A DNA stretch of 49,318 bases from a virus (lineage: Duplodnaviria > Caudoviricetes). Made by a program: the position numbers and the translations under genes. Positions 25,765-35,111 of the stretch are shown in pieces. The stretch covers positions 1 to 49,318 of IMG/VR virus record IMGVR_UViG_3300046789_000005; one strand, 5' to 3'. Position 1 is the first letter of the stretch; every line of letters starts with the position of its first letter. The notes under the pieces are model-generated. The model was not told where the DNA came from. It made no database searches and saw nothing but the letters and a program-made list of their open reading frames with translations.

Positions 25765-25988
25765 TGCCCAGCGCATGGGGTGTGGAGCACGAGATCGTCA
25801 AGCGGTGGATCGGCCCACAGGAGGCCGCCTCTACTGGTCACGTGCTTGCCCGCGCCCGCAACCCAGTGCAGACCTTCGGGGTGCCTGATGCTGCAGGGCG
25901 TAGCCAGGCTGCACGCAAGGCTGTGAAGAACGCTGGGTTCTTCCATGGCAGCAAGCAGGGCAAGCGGGTAGCGCGCGGGGGTAAGTGA
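25764..25988 (+). CDS. SAWG-leader small basic protein
   Basis: MPSAWGVEHEIVKR; TGATG coupling. Confidence 0.75.
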   Translation: MPSAWGVEHEIVKRWIGPQEAASTGHVLARARNPVQTFGVPDAAGRSQAARKAVKNAGFFHGSKQGKRVARGGK

Positions 25989-27028
25989 TGCCGTACAAGT
26001 CCGAGAAGCAGAGACGTCTGATGCACGCCAAGCATCCAGAGATCGCTGCGCGCTGGGATGCCGAGTACGGCACCAAGGTGAAGAAGTCCATGCCTGGTGG
26101 CATCGGCTCTGGTGGGCTCAGCAGGAAGGTGATCGTCCCCAAGCTCAAGGCTGGCGGACCCAAGATCAAGAAGATGACCCCTGAGGAGCACCACGCCATG
26201 CGTGTGCGTATGGCCAGGGCCACTGGACAGCAACCGCCCAAGCCCATCGTGAAGAGCGCCTGGGGCATCGAGCATGTCGTGTCCAAGCGTGTGGTCAAGG
26301 TGGGGGAGTACATCTACCACACGACCAAGAACACGCTGCCTCGGCTGAACCTGGAAGATGCGACCAAGCCACGTCTCGCACGTCGTGCTGTCACCCACGT
26401 GTACGACACCAAGGGCGTGAAGGTGGGGCACTTCACCACGACGCGCAATCTGCACGGCGAGGGCAAGAAGACCAGCCAGATCCACTACGCATCTCACCTT
26501 CGTCCTGGCTCGGGCATCGGTGAAGAGGCGCTGCGGCAGTCCATGCGCTCACTGAAGACCAATCAGTTCGCGCACTCGTCCAAGCGCACGGGCCACGGCG
26601 ACAGATTCACTCGCAGGACGTCGAGACCCGAGACCTGGAAGTCACCTCGTCCGACCGGGGATGCCTCCAACCTCAAGCGGGCTACTGGCGCAGAGGAGAA
26701 GGTGTCGTTCCGCACCGCCATGCGAACGCGTGCGTTCTCCTACACGGACGCCGACAACGACTACCTGATGAGCAGCTACGCGCACAAGAAGGGGAAGGTG
26801 GCCCCGACGTTCTCGGATAGCCGTGCTGCACGGCACGCTGTGGTAGCAGTTCCCACAGTGGCAGTGGGAGGCTCCGCAGGAGCCGATGCCTGGGACAAGC
26901 GCAAGAAGAAGAAGAACGTGAAGAAGATGTCCCCGGACTCCTCTGCCCTGCACGTGATGGGCAGTGGGACGATGCGTGGGCCAGGACGCCTGAAGAAGGT
27001 CAAGCGCAAGAAGACCACGGAGATCTGA
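25985..27028 (+). CDS. basic modular protein with internal SAWG motif and GNAT-like segment
   Basis: [19 protein letters not shown]-terminus; [14 protein letters not shown]; [11 protein letters not shown]...HSSKRTGHG. Confidence 0.75.
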   Translation: MMPYKSEKQRRLMHAKHPEIAARWDAEYGTKVKKSMPGGIGSGGLSRKVIVPKLKAGGPKIKKMTPEEHHAMRVRMARATGQQPPKPIVKSAWGIEHVVSKRVVKVGEYIYHTTKNTLPRLNLEDATKPRLARRAVTHVYDTKGVKVGHFTTTRNLHGEGKKTSQIHYASHLRPGSGIGEEALRQSMRSLKTNQFAHSSKRTGHGDRFTRRTSRPETWKSPRPTGDASNLKRATGAEEKVSFRTAMRTRAFSYTDADNDYLMSSYAHKKGKVAPTFSDSRAARHAVVAVPTVAVGGSAGADAWDKRKKKKNVKKMSPDSSALHVMGSGTMRGPGRLKKVKRKKTTEI

Positions 27029-30000
27029 TGGCCTTTGCCAGTGACCGCAACGTCACCCGTGACATTGACGGGAACATCGGCGCGCCTGCACCTACGCTGC
27101 CCCAGCACCTAGCCAACAAGGCCTACGTCGACGCCCACGGGGGCGGGGCTGCAGGGGCAGGGCTGAACTGGAAGGGCGTCTGGTCGGCAGCTACGACCTA
27201 TGCAGTCAACGACGCAGTCAGTTACGCAGGCCCTGGTGTGCAGCGCACCAACCTGTTCACCCTGCCCCGTAGCAACACCGCCTGGACACCAGCGTCCAAC
27301 CAGTTCGGTCCCCCTGATGCCTGGGTGTACGGCACGCTCGACTTCGGGCCAGATGGGTTGCCTGGTGGTAGCCACTTCACCGGGGTACCGGGCTATGGCA
27401 GCCAGGACACGTTCCGTCGCCTGAACGACTCGCCTACAACGACAGCGGGGAAGTTCTACCAAGCCAGCGTGTGGGTGCGGTCTAACAAGGCCTTCCCGGT
27501 CTACACCACGCTGTACGCCTCTCCCACGAACTACACCTCAGCCACCGTGACCCTGGTGCCCAACACCTGGACCAGGCTGTCCAACATCACCACCGCAGTG
27601 ACCGCAGCTTCTGGTCAGCTCCCCTTCGCCATCGTCATCAGCTCGGGCATCACCATCGATGCCTCCTGCACGTTCGACATCACCGAGGCCTTCCTGGAGC
27701 AGGTGCCTACGGGTACCTGGCCGCTGGGCGCCTACTTCGATGGTGGGACGCCCGATACCCCGGGCTACGACTACGCCTGGACCGGCACAGCACTGGCCTC
27801 CACCTCTGTGCTGAACATGGCCAACCCGCCGTCGTCGTCCTACATCGCACTGGTCGCAGGCAGCGGCCACGCGCCTCCTGAGGGCACCAGCGACACCTAC
27901 TGGGGCATGCTTGCCCAGGAGGGTGCGCAGGGGCTTCCTGGCCCCAAGGGCGACCTCGGAGCTACCGGTCCGACAGGTGCTACCGGACCTACTGGATCGA
28001 CTGGACCACAGGGTCCGACCGGAGCTACAGGTAGCACTGGCGCTACAGGTTCACCGGGTACGCCTGGTGCTGCGGGTAGCACAGGCGCTACAGGTCCTGC
28101 TGGCCCTACGGGTGTTCCGGGCAGCAAGTGGTACCAGGGCACAGGTGCACCTGCCTCAGGGCTGGGCATCACGGGCGACTTCTACCTGAGCAGCCTCGGG
28201 GACGTCTACGAGAAGACCGATGCGGTCACCTGGACCCTGCGCTACAGCATCAGAGGTGCACAGGGTCCGCAGGGCACTGCAGGCAGCACCTGGTTCTCCG
28301 GCGCGGGTGCACCCAACGTGCCTACCTCCAGGCCAGCCGACCAGTACCTGAACACCACCAACGGCGACGTCTACAACGCCACCGGCTTCAACATCTTCGC
28401 CAAGACCGGCAACATCATGGGGCCGCAGGGCCTCACCGGTGCCCAAGGCCCCCAGGGCACCGCTGGTACTGCAGGTGCTACAGGTGCCCAGGGACCTGCG
28501 GGTGCAACGGGCAGCACAGGTCCACAGGGTGTGAAGGGTGACACCGGTGCGACCGGTGCTACAGGCGCTGCTGGTCCTACTGGTTCTACGGGTCCGGCAG
28601 GTACGCCTGGTGAGAAGTGGTTCTCGGGCACTGGTGTCCCAGCTGGCTCCCTGGCTGGCAGCATCGTGGGCGACTGGTATCTCAACGACGCCAATGGCGA
28701 CGTGTACGAGAAGACCGGCGCCTCGGCCTGGACCCTGCGAGACAACCTCACCGGACCTGCTGGTTCAACGGGTGCTACTGGTGCGGCCGGTGCTGACGGA
28801 GCTACCTGGTACACCGCCACTGGCGTACCCGGGGTCATCCCCAACTCCAAGGCGAACGACCTCTACCTCAACCTCAGCAACGGTGATGTCTACACTGCTA
28901 CCGCTCCCAACACCTGGCTCTCCCGGGGCAACATCAAGGGCCCTACCGGAGCAACAGGTAGCCAGGGACCACAGGGCACGACGGGCGCTACTGGTTCACA
29001 GGGCCCGACAGGTCCTACGGGTAGCACGGGCCCGACAGGCCCTGCAGGTACGACTGGTGCCACTGGTGCTGCTGGCCCTACCGGTCCCACTGGTGCAGCA
29101 GGTGTCGATGGCAGCACCTGGTTCACCGCCTCGGGCGCGCCTGGTGCCAGCATCCCTGGCGTCAAGACTGGCGACTACTACCTGGACTCGGCCAGCGGCA
29201 CCTACTACACCGCGACCTCTCCGACCGCCTGGTTCTCGCGTGGCAGCCTCAAGGGCGCGACGGGTGCGACAGGTACGACCGGCGCACAGGGCCCTACAGG
29301 TTCGACTGGTGCAGCAGGCGCTCCGGGGTCCAAGTGGTACTCAGGATCAGGCGTTCCCTCGGGGTCACTGGCAGGCACCATCGTCGGGGACTGGTACCTC
29401 AACACCGCCAACGGTGATGTCTACGAGAAGACCGGGACATCCTCCTGGACGCTGCGCAACAACATCACTGGTCCCCAGGGTGCTCAGGGCACACAAGGTA
29501 TCCAGGGCACGACAGGTGCCACAGGTGCCACAGGTAGCACCGGCGCAGCCGGAACCCCCGGGGAGAAGTGGTTCACCGGCACAGGTGCTCCCGCAGGGTC
29601 GCTCGCGGGCAGCATCGTCGGTGACTGGTACCTGGATTCCTCCAACGGGGACTTCTACGAGAAGACCGGTACGTCATCCTGGATCGCGCGTGGCAACATC
29701 CGTGGGCCTCAGGGTGTGACCGGTCTCACCGGTCCTACGGGCTCAACGGGCCCTGCTGGTGCATCGACCAAGTGGCTGAGTGGCAACGGCACCCCGAACC
29801 CTGTAGCGGGTGCCGTGGGCGACTTCTACGTCGACCTGCTCGCCGGGGATGTGTACGAGAAGACGGGCACCTCTACCTGGACCAACCGGGGCAACATCAA
29901 GGGCCCCAAGGGCGACACCGGTGCTACTGGTCCACAGGGACCGACAGGCCCTGGTGGTGGCAGTGCTGCGTCCTACCAGCCTGCTGCACCGGGCTCACTG

Positions 30001-31233
30001 ACCCTGGGCGCGCTCTGGTACGACAGTGACGACTACGACAAGCCGTACATCGCTACCCCACGCACCAACCTGGTGTTCAACCCCACCTTCGAGGTGGACC
30101 TGACCAACTGGTCTGTGAGTAACGGCACAATCGCTCGACAGACCACTGGTGGGTACTCCGGCTCGTCCTTCATGCGCTGGACCCTGGGCACTACTGGCTT
30201 CGACGTCACTCTGGTAGGCGCCATCCTGCCCATCGAGATCGTGGGGCCGACCGTGGCTACCTACTCGGCCTATGTGAAGGGCACCGCTGGGCTCGGGGTA
30301 GCCATCGGCGCAGACTCCGGCCAGATCAACGGTGGGCACGTCCCCAACTACGGCACCGCCGTGACGCTGACCACGTCCTGGCAGCGAGTGACCTGGACCT
30401 CGACCATCCCGGCGAACACCTCCAACCTGTCTGTGGAGATCGCGGTGCCCAGCGCCACAGCTGGGCAGATCGTGGACATCGACGCCGTGATGGTGGAGAT
30501 CAACCCCACGGTCGGCGCGTACTTCGATGGGTCGATCTCTCCGAACGTCTGGAACGGCACCGCGCACGCCTCGACTTCGTCCACCATCACCGCGGACCAG
30601 TGGACTCCACTGCAGGGTGGCGCAGCGGCGCTGGCCAGGGTGCCCACCGGTGGTGTCGTGCAGTGGCAGCCGATCTGGCCGCCACTGGGCTGGCTGATGT
30701 GTGATGGCTCGGCTGTCTCCCGCACCACCTACGCCGCGCTGTACAACGTCATCGGTACGAACTTCGGGACTGGCAACGGCACCACCACGTTCAACCTGCC
30801 CAACATCCCCAGCGGGACAGAGCTCAAGGGATCAGCCAACACGGGGCAGACCGGCACAGCCGGTGCCGATGTGATCTACACCGGCTTCACCCTCACCCTG
30901 CTGCCGGGTACCTGGGACGTCACCGGGGGCATCATCGGCATGAGCAACGTGACGGACTCGCAGAGCGCTGCGGTGTACAACGTCACCACCAGCGCCGAGG
31001 TAGCCAACACCCGAGGGGACGTGAACATCGTGGGTGTCGCGCCAGCGGCCTACCTGTCCCGTACCCGTCCAGTGATCATCACCGTGACGGTCTCCACGCA
31101 GCTGCGCATCATGCTCTGCCGCAACGGTGGGTCGACCGCGACCGTCTCGACTCCTCAGGCAGGTGCACCTTCAGGGTGGCTGGATGCCCGACGTATCCCG
31201 TACAACACGATGCGATCCATCATCAAGACGTGA
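27028..31233 (+). CDS. long collagen-like fibre protein with tail-collar and carbohydrate-binding-like modules
   Basis: Extensive Gly-X-Y; eight GDxY...GDVYEKT-type repeats; collar motif [19 protein letters not shown]...FNLPN. Confidence 0.85.
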   Translation: MAFASDRNVTRDIDGNIGAPAPTLPQHLANKAYVDAHGGGAAGAGLNWKGVWSAATTYAVNDAVSYAGPGVQRTNLFTLPRSNTAWTPASNQFGPPDAWVYGTLDFGPDGLPGGSHFTGVPGYGSQDTFRRLNDSPTTTAGKFYQASVWVRSNKAFPVYTTLYASPTNYTSATVTLVPNTWTRLSNITTAVTAASGQLPFAIVISSGITIDASCTFDITEAFLEQVPTGTWPLGAYFDGGTPDTPGYDYAWTGTALASTSVLNMANPPSSSYIALVAGSGHAPPEGTSDTYWGMLAQEGAQGLPGPKGDLGATGPTGATGPTGSTGPQGPTGATGSTGATGSPGTPGAAGSTGATGPAGPTGVPGSKWYQGTGAPASGLGITGDFYLSSLGDVYEKTDAVTWTLRYSIRGAQGPQGTAGSTWFSGAGAPNVPTSRPADQYLNTTNGDVYNATGFNIFAKTGNIMGPQGLTGAQGPQGTAGTAGATGAQGPAGATGSTGPQGVKGDTGATGATGAAGPTGSTGPAGTPGEKWFSGTGVPAGSLAGSIVGDWYLNDANGDVYEKTGASAWTLRDNLTGPAGSTGATGAAGADGATWYTATGVPGVIPNSKANDLYLNLSNGDVYTATAPNTWLSRGNIKGPTGATGSQGPQGTTGATGSQGPTGPTGSTGPTGPAGTTGATGAAGPTGPTGAAGVDGSTWFTASGAPGASIPGVKTGDYYLDSASGTYYTATSPTAWFSRGSLKGATGATGTTGAQGPTGSTGAAGAPGSKWYSGSGVPSGSLAGTIVGDWYLNTANGDVYEKTGTSSWTLRNNITGPQGAQGTQGIQGTTGATGATGSTGAAGTPGEKWFTGTGAPAGSLAGSIVGDWYLDSSNGDFYEKTGTSSWIARGNIRGPQGVTGLTGPTGSTGPAGASTKWLSGNGTPNPVAGAVGDFYVDLLAGDVYEKTGTSTWTNRGNIKGPKGDTGATGPQGPTGPGGGSAASYQPAAPGSLTLGALWYDSDDYDKPYIATPRTNLVFNPTFEVDLTNWSVSNGTIARQTTGGYSGSSFMRWTLGTTGFDVTLVGAILPIEIVGPTVATYSAYVKGTAGLGVAIGADSGQINGGHVPNYGTAVTLTTSWQRVTWTSTIPANTSNLSVEIAVPSATAGQIVDIDAVMVEINPTVGAYFDGSISPNVWNGTAHASTSSTITADQWTPLQGGAAALARVPTGGVVQWQPIWPPLGWLMCDGSAVSRTTYAALYNVIGTNFGTGNGTTTFNLPNIPSGTELKGSANTGQTGTAGADVIYTGFTLTLLPGTWDVTGGIIGMSNVTDSQSAAVYNVTTSAEVANTRGDVNIVGVAPAAYLSRTRPVIITVTVSTQLRIMLCRNGGSTATVSTPQAGAPSGWLDARRIPYNTMRSIIKT
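28121..29904 (+). repeat. eight ~48-aa globular repeats alternating with collagen segments
   Basis: G(S/E)KW..G.G.P....GD(W/F/Y)YL...NGDVYEKTG...W..R.NI.G counted eight times in the translation. Confidence 0.85.
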
Positions 31234-31254
31234 CAGTAGAAGGACGATGAAGCC

Positions 31255-31902
31255 ATGGCCGATGCTCCGGATGTAGCGCAGTACGGCAAGGTGATCGGGT
31301 TCTGGTCGATCACCGGGCCGGACTCTGACGACCCCGGAACCGAGCCGGATGAGATCCCCCTGACGGGGCAGATCACCATCGAGCCGCTGGTCGAGCAGGT
31401 GATCTGGGACACCATCCCCTCGCAGATGACCTTCGTGGACACCTTCAAGTGCCAGGTCTACAACGGGCTGATCTACGGACCGGACTCAGAGCCTGAGGGC
31501 ATCGCTCCTGATCCTGATGGGGTGTGGCTGCTAGCCAGCAGCCAGCCGCACGGTGCACCTGTGACGATCCAGTACCGAGCTACGTTCCTGCTGGACAGGG
31601 TGCTGAAGCAGCCGGACGACATCGTCTTCGACGTGCTGGCCAGTCCTGCGGTCACCGACCTGTCCTCGCTGATCCCGGCCGTGCCCGTCCCGCCGATCAT
31701 CTACACCACCACCACGGGCAACACAGCAGCCGCTGCAGCTTCTGCTACCGCTGCAGCCGCCTCAGCCACCGCAGCAGCAGGGTCAGCCTCCGCCGCTGCC
31801 GCCACTGCTGCTGCGGTGCCGAAGTGGTGGGCAGGCACCCAGGTGGCCTACGACGCCATCGCTACCAAGGACCCGACCACGCTCTACGTCATCACGGGGT
31901 AA
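31255..31902 (+). CDS. minor virion/fibre adaptor protein
   Basis: YGKVIG...PD..PL.G.IT..P N-terminus, Ala-rich stalk, WAGTQVAYDAIATKDPTTLYVI C-terminus. Confidence 0.7.
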   Translation: MADAPDVAQYGKVIGFWSITGPDSDDPGTEPDEIPLTGQITIEPLVEQVIWDTIPSQMTFVDTFKCQVYNGLIYGPDSEPEGIAPDPDGVWLLASSQPHGAPVTIQYRATFLLDRVLKQPDDIVFDVLASPAVTDLSSLIPAVPVPPIIYTTTTGNTAAAAASATAAAASATAAAGSASAAAATAAAVPKWWAGTQVAYDAIATKDPTTLYVITG

Positions 31903-31904
31903 CG

Positions 31905-34900
31905 ATGCCGGTTCTCAATACCGCCTTGGGTGCCAAGTGGGGCACCGTCTACGTGAAGAAGGTCTACCGGGGCAACACGCTGATCGCTGCCGAGAAGGTC
32001 AACCTGGCCACCAACCCGAGCTTCGAGTCGCGCTCTGCCTCGCCTGGCACGCTGCGCCTCAACCTGGCTACGCACTCCAAGGGGCTCGCCTACGTCACTG
32101 CGCAGGGCACCAACCTGGGCTGGAGCAACTCGCGCTGGTTCGGTGGTGGTGGTGCGGGGACGCACACCAACGTCACCGGCGCTCTGGATGGTCCGCTTCC
32201 GGGCGTCACGACCTACGCGCGCAAGACCTGGACCACAGCTCCTACCGCCAACACAGGGAACACCGGGCTGACCACCAACGCCTGGACTGGCTTCACGGCT
32301 GGCCAGGTGTACACCGTCTCCGGCTACATCAGGTCGAGCATCGCGCGTACGAACGTGGGCTGGATGGCGTGGTGGGCAGATGCCACAGGTGTGTTCCAGC
32401 GTTCTGACTTCACCACTGGAACCCTGGCGGCGAATGTCTGGCAGCGGTTCTCCATCGTGACGACCTGTCCGCCTACGGGAGCGACGTACGCCAACTTCAT
32501 CCTGGATCTCAACGGGCCGGAGATCCCGCCCATCGGATGCACCGTGGATGTCGCGTGCCTGCTGGTGGAGGGCGGCAACACAGTCGGTGCAGTGACCCGG
32601 ACCAACCTGCACCAGAACCCCTCGCTGGGTCGCAACACCACTAACTGGGGTCCGCAGGCTGGAGGTGGCACGTTCACCACTACCCGTGAGGTCACCATGG
32701 GTACGACCACCGGTGCGCTGCCGTTCGGTACAACGACTCCCTGGTTCAAGGCCACCTGCACGGTGACCAACACCGGCTCACCGGTGGGCATCAACGCGAA
32801 CGTGACCAGCGTCGGGACCACCGGCAAGTCATCGGTCACTGCGGGTCTGGCCTACTCGTTCGCCATCTACGCGGTGTCCACCGTCGTCTCGGCCACCACC
32901 ATGCGGCTGGAGTACAACTGGTTCGACGCAGCCGGAGCATCGATCTCCTCTGGTTCGTCGACCTTCGTGCAGAACGTCGCGGACGCGTGGCAGCGACTCA
33001 CCGCCACCAACATCGTGGCCCCGGCAGGTTCGGCCTATGTCAGCCTCGCTGTACGCCACAGCGTGGCAGTAGGCGCGTTCCCGGTGGGTGGCTACATCGG
33101 AGCGACCTGTGCTGAGGTGCAACAGTCCACCACGCTGGTGGCCTACTTCGATGGGTACAACAACGCTTCTGCAGCGAGCAACGAGTTCGCCTGGACGGGG
33201 ACGCCGTTCAACTCCACGTCGGTGTGGCGCAACCAGCCCACCGGCTACGTGTTCGACTACTACGACGGGTCTGTGCGCTGGCCGCTGCGCACCAACTGGT
33301 GCGTCAACCCGAACTTCGAGATCACTGGCACGCCCAACTGGACGACAGTGGGCAACATCCAGTCGATTGGCCGCGACACTGCGTGGTCATTCAGTGGCTC
33401 CAACAGCATGAAGGTGACTACGACTGCCGGGACGAGCACGTCTACTTCCGGTGACCTGCGGTACAACACAGGCAGCGCCACCGCCTTCCCTCAGGGCATG
33501 CGACCGGGTGGGACGTACACCGTCAGCGCATACATCAACACACCTGTGGCGCTGACCGGGCTGAGCACTACAGCCAGCTCTCGCCAGAAGCGCATCCTGT
33601 ACTTCTACTCGACCAACGGAGTGGCCTTCACCGAGGCGTTCGGGCCGCAGGGGCACAACTTCACCGGTGTGCAGCGGCTCAGCCACACGTTCACCATCCC
33701 GACCAATGCCACCGGTGTGGTGATCGGCATCGGCTGTGCCGGATCAGGTACGGACCAGTCCTACGTGACCTACGTGGATGGCGTGCTGTTCGAGGAGAGT
33801 CCCACCCTCAACGCCTACTTCGACGGCACGAACAAGCCCGAGGTGCGCCGCAACTACTGCGCAAACCCCAGCATGGACACCTCGTACGCCACTGGCTGGG
33901 GATCGTTCTGGTCTCCGCTCAGGAGCGTGGACTTCACTGAGCACTACCGAGGCGTCGGTTCTCAGAAGGTCGCCAACACCCAGGCTCAGTTCGATGCGGG
34001 GCGTGCACAGACCGGCGTCTCCATGACGGGCATCCCCTTCCCGCAGGTCGTCGGAGAGATCCGCCGTGCCACCGTGGTGATCAAGGGCACCCAAGGGATC
34101 AAGTTCCGGATCGGCTACAAGTACAACGCGGGCATCACTCAGCGTGCCTTCCAGGCTCCTGTGGCTACTGGGGACTGGCAGGTCATCGACATCGATCCGT
34201 ACGCAGCGGTGTCGGCCGACATGGCTACGACCCTCGGCGTCGAGATCCTGATGGAGAGCGTGGCCGGTGGCGTGCTGCCAGCCGACGCCGTCTTCTGGGT
34301 GGACTCTGCGGTCTACGAGATCTTCCCGCCTGGTACCACGGTGTTCCCCGAGCGCACCTACTTCGACGGGTCCAACCCCACCCCAGGGAACCTGGGGGTC
34401 TGGACTGGCTCGGCCAACGTCTCGCAGTCCTACATCGTCAACAACGGCATCGACGTGGCCTGGGGCGTCTCCGCCAACGCTTCAGCGTCCTACTCCTACG
34501 ACCCGCAGATCAGTGCTGGGTGGACGGGTACCGCAGACGCCACGACGTCCACCGTGCGTAGCTACTCGATCCCCACCGTCACGGCGTACTTCGGCACCTA
34601 CGGCATCCTCTGGTACACCGGCGTGGACAAGGCGCCGGGTAGCACCGGCAACTACGCCTGTGCCTTCATCCGCACTCAGACGCAAGGTGCCACCGGGCTG
34701 ATCATGACGCCCACGCTGCCTGCTATCCCGGATGGCAAGTACTTCGGCATCACGTTCAAGGCCAAGGCGGCTACTGGCATCGGCTGGTCGGCAGGTGTGC
34801 GTGCTACGTCTGGGTCGAGCATGATCGGCGGGCTCGCCATCTCCACCACCGGTGATGGGCAGTGGCACACCTACCTCTGCTACGGCCAGCAGCTCAACGG

Positions 34901-35093
34901 CACTCCCGGTCAGCAAGCCATCGGTCTGCACGTGATCAACGGCAGCACCATCAACGGCAACGTGCTGTACGTGGACGAGGTCGCCATGTTCATCACCGAC
35001 ACCGTGCCCACGCTGAACTACCGTGATGGGCGCTCCCCTGGATGGATCTGGACTGGCACGGTGGACGGCAGTACTAGCTCCGGTTGGAACTGA
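31905..35093 (+). CDS. large receptor-binding-like protein with five CBM-like modules
   Basis: Repeated RxN..NPxF, YTVSxY, WQR, YFDG and WTG motifs. Confidence 0.8.
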   Translation: MPVLNTALGAKWGTVYVKKVYRGNTLIAAEKVNLATNPSFESRSASPGTLRLNLATHSKGLAYVTAQGTNLGWSNSRWFGGGGAGTHTNVTGALDGPLPGVTTYARKTWTTAPTANTGNTGLTTNAWTGFTAGQVYTVSGYIRSSIARTNVGWMAWWADATGVFQRSDFTTGTLAANVWQRFSIVTTCPPTGATYANFILDLNGPEIPPIGCTVDVACLLVEGGNTVGAVTRTNLHQNPSLGRNTTNWGPQAGGGTFTTTREVTMGTTTGALPFGTTTPWFKATCTVTNTGSPVGINANVTSVGTTGKSSVTAGLAYSFAIYAVSTVVSATTMRLEYNWFDAAGASISSGSSTFVQNVADAWQRLTATNIVAPAGSAYVSLAVRHSVAVGAFPVGGYIGATCAEVQQSTTLVAYFDGYNNASAASNEFAWTGTPFNSTSVWRNQPTGYVFDYYDGSVRWPLRTNWCVNPNFEITGTPNWTTVGNIQSIGRDTAWSFSGSNSMKVTTTAGTSTSTSGDLRYNTGSATAFPQGMRPGGTYTVSAYINTPVALTGLSTTASSRQKRILYFYSTNGVAFTEAFGPQGHNFTGVQRLSHTFTIPTNATGVVIGIGCAGSGTDQSYVTYVDGVLFEESPTLNAYFDGTNKPEVRRNYCANPSMDTSYATGWGSFWSPLRSVDFTEHYRGVGSQKVANTQAQFDAGRAQTGVSMTGIPFPQVVGEIRRATVVIKGTQGIKFRIGYKYNAGITQRAFQAPVATGDWQVIDIDPYAAVSADMATTLGVEILMESVAGGVLPADAVFWVDSAVYEIFPPGTTVFPERTYFDGSNPTPGNLGVWTGSANVSQSYIVNNGIDVAWGVSANASASYSYDPQISAGWTGTADATTSTVRSYSIPTVTAYFGTYGILWYTGVDKAPGSTGNYACAFIRTQTQGATGLIMTPTLPAIPDGKYFGITFKAKAATGIGWSAGVRATSGSSMIGGLAISTTGDGQWHTYLCYGQQLNGTPGQQAIGLHVINGSTINGNVLYVDEVAMFITDTVPTLNYRDGRSPGWIWTGTVDGSTSSGWN

Positions 35094-35111
35094 TCACTGG
35101 ACTCCACCGGG

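Noticed and set aside
27028-35093. Diversity-generating retroelement acting on the fibres
   Set aside because: No reverse transcriptase and no adenine-specific template/variable repeat pair noticed; repeats are conserved at protein level
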